Positions 59,526 through 64,000 of a DNA stretch of 64,000 nucleotides are shown here, piece by piece (the stretch's first letter is position 1; every line of letters begins with the position of its first letter). The stretch lies in NCBI GenBank assembly GCA_900314775.1, contig OMWM01000005.1:326-64325 (forward strand), in the 5' to 3' direction. The notes under the pieces are model-generated. The model was not told the DNA's origin. It searched no databases and worked only from the letters and a program-made list of their open reading frames with translations. The DNA is from an uncultured Eubacteriales bacterium (GTDB lineage: Bacteria; Bacillota; Clostridia; Lachnospirales; Lachnospiraceae). A program made the translations under genes and the position numbers.

Positions 59526-62402
59526 ATGGCAAAAATCAAAGTACGTGACCTTGCGAAGAAACTTAAGAAACCTATCAATGATGTTATTGTTGCCCTCAAA
59601 CGGCAGGGAATTTATGTGGAAAGTCAGTCCAGTATGCTTTCCGGCAGCGCCGCAGCGAAGGTAGAGCAGTATTTTAACCAGCAGCCGAACAAGCAGGAGA
59701 ATAATACCAGGCAGCCGGCAAAGCAGCCGGCGAAGAAGAAACCGGTAAGACATACCGGCGGACTCGACAGCAATGGCAATTACAGCTCCTTTATCGGCAG
59801 CGAGGAAGAAGAGATGCTGCAGAATATGGAGAAGAAGAAATCGGCCCAGGAAGCGGCGAAGAAAGAAGCGGCATCGGCACCGCAGGCAGCGGACAGCAAG
59901 CCGGCAGCAGAGAAGCCGAAGACGCAGGAGAAACCTGCACAGGAGAAGCCGGCACCGGAGAAGAAAGCGGAGCATCCGCAGAGCAGAGCAGAGACTGCTG
60001 AGGCGGCACCGGCGGAGAAGAAGGCCGAGAAGACAGAGAAGACAGCACCGGCTGCACAGGAAGAGAAGAAACAGCCTGTCAGAGAACAGGAAGCAAAGAG
60101 CGCGTCTGTACCTTCGAAAGAAGAGAAAGCCGGCGGCGCCAGAGAAGAGCACACCGGTGATGGCCCAAGACATGACAGACAGGGCAGAAACGGCGGCCGT
60201 GACGGACAGAGACGCGATGGCGGCCGTGACGGACAGAACCGCGGCGGACGCGATGGACAGAGACGTGACGGCCAGGGAAGAAACGGCGGCCGCGACGGAC
60301 AGAGACGCGATGGCAGCCGCGACGGACAGAACCGCGGCGGACGCGGCGGACAGGGCCGTGACGGACAGAGACGCGATGGCAGCCGTGATGGTCAGAACCG
60401 CGGCGGACGCGGCAATGGCGGCCGTTTCAATCTCAACAAGGCGATTGATAAGGAAGTAGCCGCACCTTCCAAGGACAGCGGACGCGACAGCCGCCGCAGT
60501 TTCAACAAGGACGGCAAAGCACGTGACAACCGCCGCTACGAGAAGGATTACGATGACCGGAATCAGGAGAGAAAGGTCAGAAATAATAAAAACAATCATC
60601 AGCAGCATAAAAAACCGGCACCGCAGAAACCGGCGGTGAAGGAGGAGAAGATCACCTCGATTACGCTGCCTGATGAGCTCACCATCAGCGAACTGGCACA
60701 GAAGATGAAAGTGCCGGCCAACCAGCTGATCAAGAAGCTTTTCCTTGCCGGCAAGATGTACACGCTCAATTCGGAGATTACCTACGATGAGGCGGAAGAG
60801 ATCGCCATTGACTACGATATTCTCTGCGAACATGAGGTCAAGGTCGATGCAATCGAAGAGATGCTCAAGGAAGAAGAAGAGAACGAAGCGGATATGGTTC
60901 CGCGTCCGCCGGTTGTCTGCGTTATGGGACACGTCGACCACGGCAAGACTTCTATCCTCGATGCAATCCGTAAGACCAATGTGACGGCAGGTGAGGCCGG
61001 CGGCATTACGCAGCGGATCGGTGCGTATGTCGTCAATATCAAGGGCAAGAAGATCACATTTATCGATACGCCGGGCCATGAGGCATTTACGGCCATGCGT
61101 CTGCGCGGTGCGCAGTCTACCGATATTGCCATTCTCGTTGTCGCAGCAGATGATGGTGTCATGCCGCAGACAATCGAGGCAATCAACCATGCCAAGGCAG
61201 CCGATATCGATATCATCGTAGCGATCAATAAGATCGATAAGCCGGGTGCCAACATCGATCGTGTAAAACAGGAACTGACCGAATACGGCCTCGTTGCAGA
61301 GGACTGGGGCGGTTCGACGATCATGGTGCCGGTATCTGCCAAGACAGGAGAGGGACTCTCCGATCTTCTCGATATGGTTCTGCTCGATGCGGAGATGCTG
61401 GAGCTCAAGGCCAATCCGAACCGTAATGGACGAGGCGTTATCCTCGAGGCACAGCTCGACCGCGGCCGCGGTCCGGTAGCTACCGCGCTGGTTCAGAAGG
61501 GTACGCTGCATATCGGCGACAATATCACGGCCGGTACCTGCTTCGGCAAAATCCGTGCGATGGTAGACGATAAGGGCAGAAAGATCAAGAAAGCCGGTCC
61601 GTCTGTTCCGGTAGAGATTCTTGGTTTCAACGATGTACCGAATGCGGGCGATACCTTTATCGCAACCGAGACGGAGAAGGAAGCCAGAGCAATGGCAGAG
61701 ACCTTCATCGCCAAACAGCGTGAGAAACTTCTTGCAGAGACAAAATCCAGACTTTCTCTCGACAGCCTGTTTGATCAGATCAAGGAAGGCGAGCTGAAGG
61801 AACTCAACATTATTGTCAAGGCAGATGTACAGGGTTCCGTGGAAGCAGTCAAGCAGAGTCTCGGCAAGCTTTCTAATGCCGAGGTTGTCATCAAGGTGAT
61901 CCACGGCGGTGTCGGTGCGATCAATGAATCCGATGTCACCCTGGCTTCGGCATCGAATGCGATTATCATCGGCTTCAACGTGCGTCCGGATACGCAGGCC
62001 AAGAACATGGCCGAGCAGGAGCACGTGGATATCCGTCTGTACAGAGTCATTTACAATGCAATCGAGGATATCGAGGCAGCCATGAAGGGTATGCTTGAGC
62101 CGACTTACCAGGAGAACATCATCGGTCACGTCGACGTGCGCCAGACCTATAAGGTATCCGGCATCGGCACGATCATCGGCGGCTATATCACGGACGGCAA
62201 GGTTGTCCGTGACTGCAAAGTCCGTCTGCTCCGCGACAACGTCGTGATCTACGAGGGAGCTCTTGCTTCGCTCCGCCGTTTCAAGGATGATGTCAAGGAA
62301 GTCAACAGCGGCTATGAATGCGGTATGTCGCTTGAGAAATTCAATGATATCAAGGTCGGCGATCAGGTCGAGGCCTATGTAATGGAAGAGGTACCAAGAT
62401 AA
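59526..62402 (+). CDS. infB: translation initiation factor IF-2
   Basis: 958-aa ORF; G domain ([20 protein letters not shown]), IF2 C-terminal domains; long low-complexity N-terminus with RDGQ/RGG repeats. Confidence 0.97.
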   Translation: MAKIKVRDLAKKLKKPINDVIVALKRQGIYVESQSSMLSGSAAAKVEQYFNQQPNKQENNTRQPAKQPAKKKPVRHTGGLDSNGNYSSFIGSEEEEMLQNMEKKKSAQEAAKKEAASAPQAADSKPAAEKPKTQEKPAQEKPAPEKKAEHPQSRAETAEAAPAEKKAEKTEKTAPAAQEEKKQPVREQEAKSASVPSKEEKAGGAREEHTGDGPRHDRQGRNGGRDGQRRDGGRDGQNRGGRDGQRRDGQGRNGGRDGQRRDGSRDGQNRGGRGGQGRDGQRRDGSRDGQNRGGRGNGGRFNLNKAIDKEVAAPSKDSGRDSRRSFNKDGKARDNRRYEKDYDDRNQERKVRNNKNNHQQHKKPAPQKPAVKEEKITSITLPDELTISELAQKMKVPANQLIKKLFLAGKMYTLNSEITYDEAEEIAIDYDILCEHEVKVDAIEEMLKEEEENEADMVPRPPVVCVMGHVDHGKTSILDAIRKTNVTAGEAGGITQRIGAYVVNIKGKKITFIDTPGHEAFTAMRLRGAQSTDIAILVVAADDGVMPQTIEAINHAKAADIDIIVAINKIDKPGANIDRVKQELTEYGLVAEDWGGSTIMVPVSAKTGEGLSDLLDMVLLDAEMLELKANPNRNGRGVILEAQLDRGRGPVATALVQKGTLHIGDNITAGTCFGKIRAMVDDKGRKIKKAGPSVPVEILGFNDVPNAGDTFIATETEKEARAMAETFIAKQREKLLAETKSRLSLDSLFDQIKEGELKELNIIVKADVQGSVEAVKQSLGKLSNAEVVIKVIHGGVGAINESDVTLASASNAIIIGFNVRPDTQAKNMAEQEHVDIRLYRVIYNAIEDIEAAMKGMLEPTYQENIIGHVDVRQTYKVSGIGTIIGGYITDGKVVRDCKVRLLRDNVVIYEGALASLRRFKDDVKEVNSGYECGMSLEKFNDIKVGDQVEAYVMEEVPR
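60186..60425 (+). repeat. imperfect tandem DNA repeats inside infB N-terminal region
   Basis: 66-nt near-identical blocks starting 60186 and 60279 (period 93 nt); 51-nt core GACGGACAGAGACGCGATGGC.GCCG.GA.GG.CAGAACCGCGGCGGACGCG occurs three times (60201, 60294, 60360). Confidence 0.85.
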
Positions 62403-62414
62403 CAGGAGGGTGCC

Positions 62415-62828
62415 ATGCGTAAAAACAGTATAAAAAACACCCGTATCAACGGGGAAGTTCACAGAGAGCTGAGTCATATTATTGCCCGTGAACTGAAAGA
62501 TCCGCGGATCAGCCCGATGACAAGTGTTGTGCGCGTTACGGTTTCGCCGGATCTCAAGCAGTGCAAGGCCTACATCAGTGTGCTCGGCACTGACAGACAG
62601 CGCCAGGATACGATGGATGGCCTGAACAGCGCTCTGGGATTTATCCGGCGCGAGCTTGCCCGTACCGTCAACCTGCGGATCACGCCGGAGATTGAATTCA
62701 TATCGGATCAGTCCATTGAATACGGTGTGAATATGTCTAAGAAAATCGATGAAGTCATCGAGCATGACGAAGAGGCGGCGCTTCGCAGCGGAAGAAATCC
62801 TGAAGAGGAAAACCGGGAGGAAGAATAA
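62415..62828 (+). CDS. rbfA: 30S ribosome-binding factor RbfA
   Basis: RbfA pattern (RINGEVHRELSHII..DPR..VTVSPDLKQCKAYIS) with acidic C-terminal tail. Confidence 0.9.
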   Translation: MRKNSIKNTRINGEVHRELSHIIARELKDPRISPMTSVVRVTVSPDLKQCKAYISVLGTDRQRQDTMDGLNSALGFIRRELARTVNLRITPEIEFISDQSIEYGVNMSKKIDEVIEHDEEAALRSGRNPEEENREEE

Positions 62829-63794
62829 TTGAGTGATATACTGAAGCACCTTGAGGGCGCCCGCTCTGTGATTATCAGCGGGCATACCCGGCCGGACGGC
62901 GACTGCGTAGGCGCCTGCACGGGCATGGCGGGATTTATCCGTGAGTATTATCCGGACAAGAAGGTAGATGTACGTCTGGAAACCGTACCGGCCAGCTATC
63001 GCTCCATCCCGGGCGCAGAGAGCGTCATAACGGATTTTGAGGATGATACCCGGTATGATCTGTTTATCGCGCTGGATGCCAGCGACCGCGAGAGGCTGGC
63101 AGGCGCGGTGCGCTATTTCGATACGGCGGCCGATACGATCTGCATCGATCACCATGTCAGCAATCCGGGCTATGCGAATGAGAATCTGATTCTGCCGGAT
63201 GCCAGCTCCACATGCGAGGTGCTGGCCGATGTGATCGGTGAGGACAGAATATCCCGCAGCACGGCTTATGCACTTTATACGGGTATTATCTGCGACAGCG
63301 GCGTGTTCCGGTACAGCTGTACGAGCCGTCACACGATGGAAGTGGCGGGTATGCTGATGGAAAAGGGCATTCCGTTTACGCGGATGATTGACGAAGAGTT
63401 TTTTGCGAAGACGTACAAGCAGCAGCGTCTGCTTGGCGAAGCGCTTCTTGCCGCCCGTCTTGAACTGGAGGGCAGGATCATAATCAGCCTGATGAACAGG
63501 GAGACGATGGATGCGTATGAAGCGCTGTCGGAGGATCTCGAGGGCATCGTTGCCAAGATGCGGGAGACAGAGAATGTAGAAGTTGCCATTTTCGCTTCTG
63601 AAAATAAAGACGGCACCTATAAGTTCAGTCTTCGTTCCAACGAATACGTCGATGTCAGCGAAATCTGTCAGGCATTCGGCGGCGGCGGACATGTGCGTGC
63701 TGCCGGGTTTACCTGCAGAGGCGATGTCAATAAAACGGTCTGCGATATCGTGAAGATGGCGAAGAAGCAGATCTGCAGTCACCTGGCAGACTGA
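62829..63794 (+). CDS. nrnA: DHH-family phosphoesterase (NrnA-like oligoribonuclease/pAp phosphatase)
   Basis: DHH motifs (GHTRPDGD, DHHVSN) and DHHA1 GGGGH; TTG start abutting the rbfA stop. Confidence 0.85.
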   Translation: MSDILKHLEGARSVIISGHTRPDGDCVGACTGMAGFIREYYPDKKVDVRLETVPASYRSIPGAESVITDFEDDTRYDLFIALDASDRERLAGAVRYFDTAADTICIDHHVSNPGYANENLILPDASSTCEVLADVIGEDRISRSTAYALYTGIICDSGVFRYSCTSRHTMEVAGMLMEKGIPFTRMIDEEFFAKTYKQQRLLGEALLAARLELEGRIIISLMNRETMDAYEALSEDLEGIVAKMRETENVEVAIFASENKDGTYKFSLRSNEYVDVSEICQAFGGGGHVRAAGFTCRGDVNKTVCDIVKMAKKQICSHLAD

Positions 63795-63811
63795 GATAAA
63801 AGGAGAAGGAC

Positions 63812-64000
63812 ATGTTCGACGGAATGATCAACGTATACAAGGAGCAGGGATATACCTCCAATGATGTGGTTGCCTGTCTCCGCGGTATACTGCATCAGCG
63901 CCGCATCGGCCATACCGGTACGCTGGACCCGGATGCGGAAGGTGTACTGCCGGTATGTCTGGGTACGGGTACGAAGCTCTGCAGTCTGATCACAGATCAC
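63812..64000 (+). CDS. truB: tRNA pseudouridine(55) synthase TruB (5' part, truncated by window end)
   Basis: My translation from ATG 63812 (AAGGAG upstream): [51 protein letters not shown]..; catalytic GHTGTLDP motif; not in the ORF track because there is no stop in the window. Confidence 0.85.
   Translation, partial: MFDGMINVYKEQGYTSNDVVACLRGILHQRRIGHTGTLDPDAEGVLPVCLGTGTKLCSLITDH

Noticed and set aside
59773-60459. 228-aa Arg-rich ORF in an alternative + frame inside infB
   Set aside because: It lies within the repetitive, GC-rich N-terminal region of infB. The alternative frame is open because of repeat composition. It has no start context and pure low-complexity sequence.
59511-63782. 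1423-aa ORF on the minus strand spanning infB, rbfA and the DHH phosphoesterase gene
   Set aside because: All three sense genes share one reading frame (starts 59526, 62415 and 62829 are all multiples of 3). The antisense ORF is in exact codon register with them. It stays open only because the sense strand never uses TTA, CTA or TCA codons (or those in-frame triplets in the two tiny spacers). The predicted product is Arg/Leu/Cys-rich low complexity, with no SD or promoter. The sense genes have unmistakable conserved motifs. The unbroken 1423-codon avoidance is a codon-usage curiosity, not a gene.

Overview
This 64-kb window looks like an ordinary core-chromosome region from a Firmicutes genome (Clostridia, probably Lachnospiraceae-like; taxon guessed from gene content and synteny only). 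I found no discrete accessory island and no convincing novel multi-gene system.

Contents: I call 59 protein-coding genes. 57 are on the + strand; only rpsT and a small HPr/Crh-like gene are on the - strand. The last gene, truB, is cut by the window edge. I see no rRNA or tRNA genes, no CRISPR array, and no transposase, integrase or phage genes.

Synteny: gene order reproduces classic Bacillus-type blocks.
- apt-relA
- comEA..comEC-holA-rpsT-lepA-hemW-hrcA-grpE-dnaK-dnaJ-prmA-rsmE..mtaB
- ireB-ruvX-DUF1292..mltG-like-O-methyltransferase-U32 peptidase
- pyrH-frr-uppS-cdsA-dxr-rseP-ispG-polC..rimP-nusA-ylxR-ylxQ-infB-rbfA-nrnA-truB

Regulatory signals readable directly: a perfect CIRCE operator upstream of hrcA, several near-consensus sigma-A promoters, and about ten intrinsic-terminator hairpins.

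What stands out is local departures from the conserved layout, all of modest interest:
1. A response regulator, HAD phosphatase, histidine kinase and GerMN lipoprotein are interleaved between comEA and comEC and appear co-transcribed with them.
2. A self-contained crotonase + acyl-CoA dehydrogenase pair has a high-expression codon signature but no Etf, Hbd or thiolase partners.
3. A His15-less, Ser46-retaining HPr paralogue (Crh-like) lies on the opposite strand.
4. An MltG-position gene encodes only the N-terminal part of MltG.
5. The rimP-nusA-infB operon has a structured leader.
6. DNA-level tandem repeats occur inside infB and dnaK.

The very long antisense ORFs in the track (up to 1423 aa) are codon-register artefacts, not genes. 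Coordinates of starts marked uncertain were chosen by Shine-Dalgarno (SD) spacing by eye.
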